From Amoebophrya sp. A120 (taxonomy: Eukaryota; Protista; Dinoflagellata): a stretch of 64,000 nt of DNA. A program made the translations under genes and the position numbers. The notes beneath the pieces are model-generated. The model made no database searches and was not told where the DNA came from. It worked only from the letters and a program-made list of their open reading frames with translations. Below are positions 9,962 to 22,452 of the stretch, piece after piece. The number at the start of each line of letters is the position of its first letter. Position 1 is the first letter of the stretch. Where the stretch lies: positions 8,079,224-8,143,223 of the forward strand of contig CAJINV010000002.1 of NCBI GenBank assembly GCA_905178155.1. The letters run 5' to 3'.

Positions 9962-12428
9962 ATGTCTTCTTCTCCCGCGAAGAACCACCCGTTGTCCAAC
10001 GATGTCCATGCGGACTTCGAGCTGCACCCCCTGGCGGGAACGGGTCCCAGCTCGCACGTCGCGTACGCGGCGGGCGTCGCCAAGAAGAAGCTGGCGGGCT
10101 TCAAGAACGATGTGGCCGCGCTGCCGGCGGGCCTGGTGTTTGTCAGCGGGGTCGCCACCCTCGGCACGCTGATGTACGGGACCATGTGGTACCAATACCA
10201 CAAAGTGGCGCACTTGAAGAACAACCTTGATAATCTTCACACTGCGTCCTCCTCCAAAACGTTGAAAATGACGAAGAAGGCCGCCACGAAGAAGGCCTTG
10301 ACCTCGCCCGCGCGTTCGACCTCCTCGTCGTTCCTGCTGGAGCAGGCGGCTGTGGTCCAACCCCCTTCTCACACGACTCCCGGTCAGGAGATGATGAGTC
10401 CGGCGGATTCTGCCGGCATGTCCCCGATGAATTCGCTCACAACGGAAGCCGGGGTACAGCTGGCGATGCAGGTTCTCGACCAACAGTTGACGCAGCACGA
10501 GCACGAACTGCTGGAAACTGGCGAGGACCTGCCCCCGCGGCAGGAGTTTCTCCGTCACGCGTTCGCTCTCAGTTTTGGTCACACCGTGGCCCTGATGATG
10601 GAGCCGGCGAACTGCCCGGGTCTGGAGGAGCAGCTCAAACTCGGCGGGTGCAATGCGGATGCACCGGAACACCCCCTGAGCGAAGCGTACGGCTTTCAGC
10701 TCCGTTGCCTAAAGGAGGCGTGGGTCGTGTGCCTCTTGCCGGGGACGGTCCATCCCGAGTACGAAATGCAAAAATGTCTGGGTCTGGAAGAATGCATGTT
10801 TGTCATGCTTGTCTGGCATGACTATTAAATCTGTCATGCACGTTGCCCAAGAGCCGCATTTTTCTGTCATGCGGAGACGCAATTTGTCATGCAGAATAGG
10901 CAACACCTACAAGCTCAGAAATTTGTCATGCTGAGCCAGCACTTGTGGCCTCCTCATGCTACGCCACTCAGCATCACAAGTTTCCAGACCCAGACATTTT
11001 TACAGTTGATACCGAGGTCGTGGAGGCCATGTTGAACAGCCTGGATGGTGGTCACGCGGCGGAAGCGTACTTGGACAAGATCGATGCGAATCCGGATCAA
11101 GCGGTATTGAGAGGAAAAATCCCCCCTCCCCATATCGAAAAGGTATGCGCCCCAAAAATTTGTGTTGCGGATTTGAGGTCACAAATCACATTTGTCTTGC
11201 AAGAAGGCAAACCCAAAGAATCCGCCGCCTTATGGAGGCGATTTGTCATGCTGTTTCACCTACATGGCAGGCCTCTCTTATGCCAAGAGCCTACAACAAA
11301 ACAACCCCACGCAGGCTGAGGCTTTGCCTGTAGTGCCTCGCTGCAAGACAGGCTGACTTGTGTACACAAATCCAGCAACAGAAGTTTTCGTTTCAATATG
11401 GGGGGGGGATTTTTCATTTTGATAAGCGGTGGCCACCGCGCTGGGGACGGTGGATGCCGTGCTGGGCGGGAACGCGGCGCAGCAAGCGTTGGAGCAACCC
11501 GGGGGCGACTACGTGTGGAACACTTGCACCCCGCAGACGCCGGATGTTCTGGAAGCGAACGGCGCCGTCCTGCAGCAGAAGTTCTACTCCGACGTGCGGG
11601 CGCTGGCGGAACTTACCGGGTACGAGTCGCAGGCCCCTGTGCGTGACACGCTGGTTCACCTGATGCAGCTGGATGGGCAACAATACCAGGACCATGTGGA
11701 GATGCTCGCCACGAAATTCAACGCCGGGTTTTTGTTCTTCGGTATTACAGTGAAAAATGCCCCCATCCCAGAGCCAACTTGGCAGCATTTGCATTGCAAA
11801 CCTTTGTGCCAATGGAAACACTCATCCCCATTTTGCATATAGCAGCATCACAGATTTATTCCATGCTGAATAGCTCAAATTTGTGCTGCAACGGAGCCCA
11901 ACAGCAGGCGGATCTGTTACGCAAAAGATACTTTGCGCATCTAGATTCTGCATCAGAAAGGCTCGCAGTCCTTTCATGCAAGACAAAAAGCCTTCATTTG
12001 GACACTTTGCATGAGAAACTTTTGCAAAGTCCGGGTTGGCCGGGGCATTTTTCATTGTAATACTCGGTGCGCTGCTTGACCAGCAGGTGACGGCGTACTT
12101 CGAACAAAACCCTGCGGAACAGCAGGCGCTGATCCAAAACGTCCAGGCCGCTGGGGAGATGATGTCCGGGGTGCTCCTGGCCATGATTGCGGATCCCGAG
12201 GCTAAGATGAAGAACCCGGACGAGGCGCAGCAGATGGTCCAGTGTCGTGAATGCATGATGCAAAACCTGGGTGCCATGGCGGTCTCGCTGGGCGTGTTGC
12301 CGAAATTGGCTCTGTCCGAGATGTTTCTCTTGGCGGACGAGAAGATCAGCGAGGCACAGGAGGAGGCGTGGATGGAGGATCAGGAGACCGCCGCGGTGGC
12401 GCCGTCGGGCCCGGACGGAGGGCGTTGA
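9962..12428 (+). CDS. Hypothetical membrane-anchored protein. Exons 9962-10759, 11017-11104, 11430-11742, 12068-12428, split by three introners
   Basis: TM-like LVFVSGVATLGTLMYGTMWY. Joined junctions read VHPEVVEAML, PDQAVATALG, LFFGALLDQQ in one continuous frame. Confidence 0.8.
10760..11011. mobile_element. Introner E5 (family A, inverted relative to E1/E9), 252 bp
   Basis: DR CCGAG at 10755-10759 and 11012-11016. Family A TIRs. Frame restored. Confidence 0.92.
11105..11424. mobile_element. Introner E6 (family C), 320 bp
   Basis: DR AGCGG at 11100-11104 and 11425-11429. Same TIR and internal sequence as E4. Frame restored. Confidence 0.92.
11743..12062. mobile_element. Introner E7 (distinct TIR, resembles family D), 320 bp
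   Basis: Imperfect DR TTCGG (11738-11742) / CTCGG (12063-12067). TIR TATTACAGTGAAAAATGCCCC / GGGGCATTTTTCATTGTAATA. Frame restored. Confidence 0.9.
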
Positions 12429-15126
12429 GCGGACCGCCGGAGAAGTCACGCCGGGCGTTGAGCGGAGCCTCGGAGGAACGGGGAAACGGTACTACCTTTT
12501 GCCATTTGTTCTTCGTTTTCTTGCCGAAGAAATTTAGGAAGTCACGCATGATCGTATGAGAAGATAGAAAATACTCAGATCATTCCAAGCGTGGCCGTTT
12601 GTCAGTATTCGTTCTCAAAAACACCCTTATGTTTTTGCGTAGAACAAGTATGATAGCTTTTCAGTGGTGGAAATCGCAAGATGTAACGAAAACAGACAAC
12701 GTCAAAGGCTTGGAGCCTGGGAATGACGGACTTCAAGCAATCAACGAGGGGCGTGATCAAAAGGTGACGAAAGAAGGAGAACAAGCAAGAAGATAACAAA
12801 TTTCGCCGCATCAGCTTCAAGCATCGTTTTACTTCTTTGCAGTCAGGTTTTCTAAATCGTACAAGAAGAATTTTCACTAAAGTTTTACGCAGCAATCACA
12901 GCAGTATCCCTAGCCGCAAGAAGATGATCAAAAAATAAAAACGTATCTAAGCCAAGTGCTATTCATCGCTTTTCAGCTTCTAGAAAGCATTTTTCAATTT
13001 GCAAGGAGAGTTTCGATGAAAAAACCCGCGAGTGGATATTTACAGTTCTTTTAAATCACAACTCTTCACTTTCAGAATTATGCAACAGCTGCGTTTCAAG
13101 TTCGAACGTTTCATCAATTTCAAATATTCAACATCGTCCGGCATAAAATACAAATAAGTTTACAAGTTTAACATTCCGTTCTCTACTTCGACGTTGACAA
13201 CTTTTCATCTACCCCTAGAATTCTATTTACCTAAGCAACCCCACATTCCGAAACCGAATCAACTACCTCACATCGGAAAAGCTGTAGCCCAGTTACAAGC
13301 GGCGTAAATTTCATCTGTCGACGAACACGAGCGCATAGTCTGACCTGCTCGGCGACGATCTCTGGCACATGGCTCGTACAGTGCGTCAGGAGGCTCGTTA
13401 GTTTGCGTGTCTCTGTGTATGTTTGCATGATGTGCCGTGTCAAAAAATTCCATTTCCCAGCAGGATTCCCCACTTTTTGTAGAAGAGTTCTTGTCTATGC
13501 AGGTAGGAACAAGTAAACCTATAGCTATCTTCCAGCCAGAAGTCGCGGTCCCACGTCTAGGTTTCCTTTGTGGAATTGCACGCCAGATATATGCGACGAC
13601 TAATCTAGGAAGACTATTGCCCGATCGAAGCAGAGGTGGCAGAAATGACTGGTGACCTACTTATACAAATTGTAGCGCCGGCGGTTCGGACTCGGAGGTA
13701 GACCGTCTTCGATCACCCAGGATAAGATTTCATTTTTGCTCACTCTGCCGCGTGTGCTACTCCTACTACTGCTTGACATTGCATCGGCATTCGTTTTTTA
13801 CCTCCTCGTTTTCGATCTGACCTCAGTCTCACAATGAATTGTCGACTGGTGAAAACGTCATACATTGACTTTTTTGTCCATCTGACGGATGTACCCACTA
13901 GTTGTCGATAGTTCTACCATTAGATAGAAGCGACAAGGCTCAGGCTATCAGGAGGAGCGGCCGAAAAGTATGCCCATGCCTGGACGACATCCTCTTCTTC
14001 AGAAGATCGTTTTTGAACATCGTACATGTACGAAATTTTTGGGATAACACAGAGAAAAAAATCAAAACAACTTCTTCACCGAACCCTGCTACGCTTACGT
14101 ACAGGTTGCGCTGGATTTGTTTATTTTTGTTCCGTGTTGCTGCTTCGTCATACTAGTCTCCTTCGTCATTCCTACTGATACCATTTCAGCAAAATTCAGG
14201 GCGAGTTTAAATTTTGCAAAAAACTCCGCTGCCTTTCCTTCTGCCATCTCCTGAGAACGCAGTTCATCATTCAAAAGTCAATACGCAGAGTGACGACAGA
14301 TCGGTGTTGGCCACTGCTTTCGGTTAAGACAAGTGTCAGAGGTATGATTCAAATCACAAAATATTATGATCTCGTGTCGACTTTTACTGTGCCAGAAGTG
14401 GAAACACCGGAGATTTTGTTGTCGGTAATGCTTATTGTTGTATTTCCCTGAATCTCATCATGGTAGTGACTCCCTTGAACAAAAACCTTGCTGAAATTGT
14501 AGTTCGAGTTTCATAGATATTGGCGACATTTACTTTTTCGGTTTTTTGTCCCTTTTTCGTCCACGAAAGAAATTAATTTGAAAAAATTTTTCGTGCATCA
14601 ATTTCGCTCCTGCGCAAGCCTTCGTCCAGAGAAACTTCCAAATCGTACGCTAAATGACATTCGTTTTTCAGATTCGTTCGGTCGTACTTCTCCTTCTGTA
14701 GCTGCACAGCAGAACAATTTCATGGCAGAACGATCGGTAATATACCAGAAATCGCACAAATGTATCGGTACCAGAAGAAGAGAATTACAGGATCAAGTCC
14801 TGCTGGATCCAACGCGAAATCCAATTCAATGTATTACGTCGTGGTCCTTTATTCTCATCGGTGTTTTGTTTGCAGCACGAAAAATAAATCGTGGTCTTGC
14901 ACATCATTTCATACAGTGAAAATAAACCTCTACACCGCTTTATAATTAGCCGCATAGAACTCAGAGTCAGAGTACTGTCGCCCACGGCTCGTACAAATCA
15001 AAAACATATCCTTCCAACAAGTACAACACCCTGATCCTATTGAAATATCAAAAGTAGGAAAAAAACAATTTCTTCTCGTTATCCTACCCGCGCAAGTTAT
15101 AGTACGAAGATCTCGCAAACAGAAGT

Positions 15127-16290
15127 ATGGCGGACTCGAGCCACAAGCACCCCCTGGCCCACGGGCGCGCGGGCGGACAGCCGGGCTACTCGATGGCCAA
15201 GCTGAAGTTGTACCACTCGGACCAACTGGAAGGGGCCGCGGAGGCGGTGCGACTTACCATGGTCTTCGCCAATAAGGACTTCGAAGACATCCGGTTGGAC
15301 CGCTATGAGTGGTCGCAGAACCCCGCTACCAACAAGTACCGGTTTTCCGCCGTCCCGGTGCTGCAGGTTGACAGCTCCCAGGGCCGCATGGTGTTGACCC
15401 GGTCCCACGCCATGCTGCGCTACATTGCGCGGTCTTTCGACAACGCCTGCACCCTGTACCCGGAACACAAACCCGTGGAGTGCGCGGCGGTGGACGAGGT
15501 ACTATTTTTATATACGATGTTCTTTTTTTCCTTGTGTGCGCCAGTGTGGTTTTGTGCTTGCTGTTTTCATGCCTTGGTTCTGTTTTCTCGTCGTTCCATG
15601 TGCATGTTGAATATGATTATGACATGTTGATGGTCGTGAAGAAGAAGATCATGAATGTCTTGTATTTATTGGCACTGCTGGGCGTAGCCGTAGGCAGATG
15701 CAGATCCAGATGTTCCGCGGTGGAATCAATTTGACATTGTCAAGTATATCATACAAAAATATTTTTCCAGCTGATGGCGATCTTCGACATTTTTGACGAG
15801 CGAAGCTTCGGCTTTCCGGAAGTCACGGGTGTGCTTGCCTACGTGGAAGCTTCCCTGATGCAGCAGCCGCACGCCCGGTTTCTCACGGGAAACACCATCA
15901 CCATCGCGGACCTCGTCTTGCTCTGCAAGTACAAAGTTTTTTTTTTCAATTTCAATTTCAGCTTTCTATTTTTTCGCTTTTCCTTTGTTCTCCTCAGATG
16001 AAAAGTAACGACACGCGATGAGTAGAAGTGAACTTGAATTTATTGCAAGAAATGAGAAGATGAACATGAAAATAAACAGCCTCCGCGACCTGGATGCCAA
16101 CGACCACCTCCGGGAATTCCCTGCTTTGTGCAACTGGATCGGGCGAATGAAGGAGGACCGGCGGGTGTTGTCCTGGTACAATCCCAACGTCAGTGACCTG
16201 CTGGAAAAAATCCCGACGCACTCCGCCAAGAACGCGCACTCCGTCCGGATTTCGCTTTCCCAGAAGAACAATGCGTCCTTCATGGCATGA
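15127..16290 (+). CDS. Glutathione S-transferase family protein (sigma-like). Exons 15127-15498, 15771-15928, 16080-16290
   Basis: GST N-domain pattern KLYH...AEAVRL...FEDIRL...VPVLQVD...SHAMLRYIAR. C-domain FLTGNTITIADL and FPALCNW. Two in-phase GT-AG introns. Confidence 0.8.
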
Positions 16291-17626
16291 TTTTTTTGTC
16301 GCTAGAAGGTCGTTTCTTTCTTCCAAAGACCTGCAATCAATATCCGCATGAAGTTGATGTTTCCTTGAAACATAAAGCGGGGTTGCTTATACTGAAGTAG
16401 CGACGACGAGGAGTTGTTTGATAAGTTTTGGACTATCGAAGCATCGAATTAGTACTAAATTTCTGCCATAAAAAAAAGGAGAAGACGCATGAAGGATTAC
16501 CAAGCGAGGCGACAGACTCACTTGCGAGTAGAAGCAGCAAAATTCGGGAGTTCTTGTAGTACGACAAATTCATACATTTTCTTAAAGTGCTTTGCTCAAT
16601 GGCCACACATGTAGTTGCTTTCATATGATTCCGACCATACTTACCACGCAGGTTAGATATCTCGTCCAGGTCTTTTGACCGGCGTAGAGTACCTAATGTT
16701 CAATCTTATCCCCCAAAAATTCATCAAGTAGAGACGACAGAATGGCTGTACCCAAAAAAAAAAAGACGAAAGTGATTGAGGACTCAGACTTGTGTCTCTG
16801 GCAGCTTTTTTTCCAGGGCGGCTTCGCTGGACAGCGGGTAGCCGGTGGACAAGCCATGTCATAGCACTGCAGGGGTCTTCTATCTCCACTAGACAAAGAG
16901 TAGTTGTGTTACGACCGAGTTTTGTACGTCTAAAATTTCAGAATACGCAATTTTCTACGACTACAGGCTGCTTTTGGCAGGTTAGGGCACTGCGCGTTGA
17001 TGCGTGTCTGTAGCCCCTAAGATGTTCACTCGACGACGCTAAAAGTGAAAGCAATGCTTTATCAATCTCTATACGAATAGCATGGAAATTAGCGGAATAA
17101 ATTGCCGAAGATCTTGAAACTGTCACTCAATAAAGCGAATCCTGCTCAACATCAACATCTTGTAGAGTCTCCTCATCTCAGATCCTAAAATCCGGAGTTT
17201 CTGTAAAAATCAAGATCCGAAATAAAAAAATTCATAGGCGTTTCTTTCTTGAAATTCACATGACTGAGCTCTTCGCTCTATGATGTCATTCAAAAAATCA
17301 TTTTCGAAATCGAAATATCTCGAAACGCAACCACCTTACAGCCAGCAGCTTGGTACTTACTAGTATAGGCTATAATGGTATGCGGGAAAAACAAGGAGAC
17401 CAGTAGAAAATAGAGTAGACATTGTGGAGAATTATTCTTTTTGACACACAAGTGTGATTCATAGTCTTAGATAGCGACAGAAGTAACAAGTGTCCTCTCC
17501 GCTTTCATTTCCTACGTAGAGTGGTCAACTTTCATCGAAGTGTAGTCACTCGAATATAGAAGGAGACTTTTCATCGTCACTGTACACACGACTACACTCT
17601 GAGTTGCTGCAACCACTCTCGACAAC

Positions 17627-20572
17627 ATGGTGACGGTGGTAAACAGTAAGGCCGACGTCCTGAAGGCCACCCAGGCTCTGCAGGTGAACTGTAACGCTGC
17701 GAAATCCCTGCAGGACATTATGAAGTCAAATCTCGGGCCGCGGGGCACGCTGAAAATGCTGGTGGGCGGAGCAGGACAAATCAAAATCACCAAAGACGGC
17801 AAGGCGCTCCTGGACGAAATGCAGATCCAACACCCCACTGCCTGCATGATCGCGCGCGCAGCCACCGCACAGGACGACATGACAGGTAAAATGTGGATGC
17901 GTAGTCTTCCTGAGGGCTTTAGAGGAGGGCACAGGAATAAATTTTTCCTCGGCCATTCCATCCAGTGCGATGCACGCCTTTGCATGAGCACAGCCGCTTG
18001 ATCTCTCTTGCTTGCGTAGGTACGAAACATTTTTGTAGATCCAATCTATCGCCCCATACAATAAAACTGAAACAGGTGACGGCACCACAAGCAACGTGCT
18101 ATTCACGGGGGAATTGATGAAATTAAGCGAACAATATTTAAGCGAAGGGTTGCATCCCAGAATGATTGTCGAGGGGTTCGATCTTGCCAGAGACGAGGTT
18201 CTGAAGTTCCTGGAGACCTTCAAGGTACGTTTAGAGGACGTTTCATTGAACAACCGGCTTTGGATGTAGAAGTGTTTGAACTTCCACAGCATGACAGCTT
18301 AGTTTTTCAGCGTCGGGTAGGTTATTTCTCCCAGCAACATCCTATGACAAGTGATTTGCATTTTCCCCAGCACGAAACCAATATCGAACAGGTGCCGGTG
18401 AAGGGCATCGACAAAGAAATCCTTACACACGTCGCACGGTGCTCGCTCAAGACAAAAGTTCCCGAGGTAAGTCGTATCTTATCAGAAGATCAAGATTTAT
18501 TAATAGCTTGAAGAAATTTCAATTGTATTCGAATTTTGCAGATGTTGATGGCATCTACTTTTTACTTCTGTTGAGTCGCATGTTCAAGTTCGGAAAACAT
18601 ATCCAAATAGTAAACTACTAAATGAACATCAGGACATCGCGGATCGCTTGCTCGACATCTGCGTCGAGTCCGTTCTGTGTGTGGACCGAAGACACATCGC
18701 CGACGAGCCCATCGATCTTCACATGATCGAGAAAATCACCATGAAGCACAAGCTGGTGTCCGGAACCAGGCTTGTCCGGGGTATGGTGATGGACCACGGA
18801 AGCAGGCACCAGGACATGCCGGCGCGGTTGGAAAACTGCTACATTTTGACCTGCAACGTCTCATTCGAGTACGAGAAGACCGAGGTAACTGAAACTAGTC
18901 TTCGATTAGTACCCATCGTGTAGAAGATGTTGCTCATGTTCGTCTCTGCTGTCGTTTCTAGACATCATAGATCTAGTGCGTTCCATGTGCTCCTGCAATA
19001 GATGAAAGATCTGTAGCAGGAGGACGTCGATTTACTGTTCAATGATATTGTTGAAATAAATTTCTGCGTAGTGGAAAGAAAATGAAGAAAATGATGCATG
19101 ACCACATAACAGTTATTATAGAAAGGCATTTCTTTTTGTCATCTCCCCAACAGGTGAACAGCGGGTTTTTCTATTCGTCCGCGGACCAGCGCGACAAGCT
19201 GGTGGAGTCGGAGCGTGCTTTCACGGACGACAAAGTGCGAAAAGTGATCGAATTGAAGAGGAAAGTGTGCGACGAAAACCCCTCCGACCCCCCGAAAACG
19301 TTTGTCGTGATCAACCAGAAGGGCATTGACGGACCAAGTCTGGAATCCTTCGCCAGGGAGGGAATCATCGCGCTGCGACGGGCGAAGAGGAGAAATATGG
19401 AGCGGTATTATACTTAGGCTTTTGCATCTAATATTCTTGTTGTAGTTCGTCTTTTCGTTTATTCTATAGGTTTTTTCAACATGCGAGAAAGTGCGTGAAG
19501 GGCTAATAAACAAAGAGACGTGCCGTACCTTTTGGAATGAAGAACAAAAGTTTACATTCAATGTGACCGCAACAACTACAGGCTGGTGCTTGCCTGCGGG
19601 GGTAACGCGGTGAACAGCGTAGACGATTTAGACGAATCGGATCTGGGTTACGCGGGCGTGGTTTACGAGCACCAGATTGAGGACGACAAGTTCACGTTCA
19701 TCGAGCAACCCAAAAACCCGCACTCCTGCACGATTTTGGTCACAGGACCCAACGAACACACCTTACACATGATGAAGGACGCAATCAACGACGGGCTGAA
19801 ATCGGTATGACCTTTATTTATACGCTGTTTGTTATTTTCCAATGCGATCATTTCAGCATAGTATATTGTCAGACATGACATCTGCAGATTTATTCAGCGC
19901 TACTTTCACGGCATCTTGTATTGCGAACGAGCAGGAGTTCAAGGCAAAGGACGAAGAAAGAAAGCCATCATCATCACAAATGTTAAATAGCTCGTCAACG
20001 TTCTGGAGGACGGCGCCGTCGTGCCGGGCGCGGGCTCCTTCGAGGTCGCAGCCCATGCGCACTTGGAGGATTTCAAGAAGACCGTGAGTGGCAAGGCAAG
20101 GTTAGGCGTGGAGATTTTCGCGAAAGCGTTATTGGTCATCCCGAAGGTGCTGATCGAGAACTCAGGTACCTTCAACTAATCAATACTGTTTGATACCATT
20201 TCCATTGTTCATCATGCAGGTCCAACATCAGGGAGCATGAGTTCTGTCTCGTCACCAGTATGATCTCACAAAATGTACAGTTTTGAAACAAGGCGTTCGT
20301 GCATGAAGAATTTTTTCCAATACACAGGCCTCGACATCCAGGAGAAGCTTCTGAACCTGTTAGCCGAACACGACCAAACGAAGGTGCCAGTAGGGCTCGA
20401 TGTGGGCACGGGGGATGCTTTGTCCCCGGAGGCCGAGGGCATCTACGACAACTACCGTGTCAAGAAGCAACTTTTCAACTTGGCTCCGGTCTTGGCCCAG
20501 CAATTACTACTGGTAGACGAGATCATCCGGGCTGGGGTGCAAATGAAGAAGAGTCGGGACCAGATCGGTTAA
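17627..20572 (+). CDS. CCT6: T-complex protein 1 subunit zeta. Exons 17627-17885, 18076-18224, 18392-18466, 18633-18884, 19154-19404, 19582-19804, 19991-20165, 20328-20572
   Basis: [87 protein letters not shown]. Seven in-phase GT-AG introns. Confidence 0.96.
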
Positions 20573-21292
20573 GACGGAGCCGAAGCTGATTTATGAATGG
20601 TTTTTTTCTGGAACTGTCTTTTTATTTTCAGCCTTCTCTAGAGCCAAATTTGTACATTCTACGACAATCACATATCACGACACGTGTCCACAGTAGTATG
20701 TTCTAGCGACCGGCGAGGCTGGGCACATCTACATCTTCACTAACTACATCCACCGGACTTTTTAAAAATCCTAAATCCTTCGAGCTTTCGAGAATCAAAT
20801 TTGTTCACTCTTTTTGTTCTTTGCGAAGCTATACCTCGTCCCGCGTGATGGAATCGCTGCGTGGTTTTGTTTGTTGCGAAATATGTGTCTCAACGCCGCA
20901 CAGAAACGTTTGGTCGTGTCTGTAATCTGTTCTTCCTTCTTTTGAATCTGAAAGGGGTTTGGGTTTTTCTTTCATAAAACAGCACCGAGCGATTTAAGAG
21001 ACGGAAACGGAAGAGAGCTGCTCATGTGTGGTGCAGTTGTCAGCATTTACTTCCACTACTTCGGTCCTCTGCGTCGACCGAGAGCACTTCATACTTTCGG
21101 TCTCGTCCTGACTTGCCGCACGCCACGTGGCGGGCTTGTGTTATAATTTTCTCCACCCCGAGCAGCAGACCGAGTAGTTGACTCTCGGAGGAGTTTCACA
21201 GGTGGAAGTAACCTTGCTTCCTTCGGTGGCGTGAAGATTACAGTCGATAGTACCATGTACAGTTTAGTTTTGAAATTGAAAAGAAACAGAAA

Positions 21293-21970
21293 ATGATGTT
21301 CCGCAGCGGTCGCCTGAACCGGCAGATCTTGTTTTCCCGAACGAAATTCCCGCTGTCCAACCGCTTGACGACCAGCATTGCCCCGAACAGTTTACGATCA
21401 AGCGGGAAGATCTATGGATCCCGCAGCGCCTGGTCTAGACAGCATCTGGAAGCGTACTTGGCCGAGAAGAGCCAGAGAACTACGACAATAACTGGCGAAG
21501 CAGCTGCGGTTTCTTCTGCAACAGCAGGAACAATGCAGACCTCATCCTCCTCCGCAACAAGAACCGCCGCGGTTCTGCCGCATGCAGGAGCGTTTCATCT
21601 TCCCTCGGCACTTGCAGGGAGTTCGACGTCTTCATCTCGCGTGATGAAAATTATACCTCCAGCTGGAAAAATGACCACCGTCCTAACCAGCCTTTTCAAC
21701 TTCAAGCTGCTCGCGGAGCACGTCCGCGGCATCGGCCGTCCTCTGATGTGGCTGGTCATGACGGTGTCCTGGACCTGCGGCACCTTCTATTACATGCTGT
21801 TGTTCGAGGAGTGGGGCCGGGAGGAGCAGTATAAAGCGGTACCAAAGGACATCAAGAGCCAAAAGCAAAGGCTGTGTACGCAGCTCCAAAGTAGTTGCTT
21901 GGCCATGCAGGCCACGGGACAGGAGGTGGTCACGTGGTGTAAACAGTGCTTGGCCGCGTGGACGAGTTGA
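21293..21970 (+). CDS. Hypothetical small membrane protein, possibly mitochondrial, 225 aa
   Basis: Arg/Ser-rich N-terminus lacking acidic residues (presequence-like) and one hydrophobic segment LMWLVMTVSWTCGTFYYMLLF. Confidence 0.6.
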   Translation: MMFRSGRLNRQILFSRTKFPLSNRLTTSIAPNSLRSSGKIYGSRSAWSRQHLEAYLAEKSQRTTTITGEAAAVSSATAGTMQTSSSSATRTAAVLPHAGAFHLPSALAGSSTSSSRVMKIIPPAGKMTTVLTSLFNFKLLAEHVRGIGRPLMWLVMTVSWTCGTFYYMLLFEEWGREEQYKAVPKDIKSQKQRLCTQLQSSCLAMQATGQEVVTWCKQCLAAWTS

Positions 21971-22452
21971 TAGAAACGAACCTCTGGGAAGATCAAATGG
22001 CATTTTGCATCAGTGTCCCTGTCCGTGCTTTGTTGAACGCATGAATAGGAGTTTCTTCGCTCCGCCGTGGGGATGAAGATTTGTTGATGTCGTTTGCTGT
22101 TCGTGTTCGAATTGGTCGTAACGGAAGATCTTTCGTGGCGCGAGGAAACACCCAAAGATCTGAAGATCACCCTTGGATGAAATGAGTTGAGTCGCATTTT
22201 CTTCCTCCCGTGGCCGCCGACAGTTTGAATACTGCTACCGTACTCAATCAGTGTACTGATTTCAATTTTCATCTTCATTACATGCACCTCAATGGTCTTT
22301 TTTTCCTAATTTTGTAGGACGGCCGTTTCTCCCCGCAAGTCGCACTAGTTTCATTTGTTTCTGTTTCCTGTTTCTGTAGTTGCCTCTACTCTTATCGAAA
22401 GTTCTGACTTTTGTTTCTTACTTTTTACCGTGAAATAAAGAATTAAAACTTA

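Noticed and set aside
12430-15120. Short ORFs in the long intergenic stretches (also 6800-7990, 8630-9960, 59480-61110)
   Set aside because: AT-richer sequence with no recognisable motifs or consistent exon chain. No tRNA or rRNA was recognised either.
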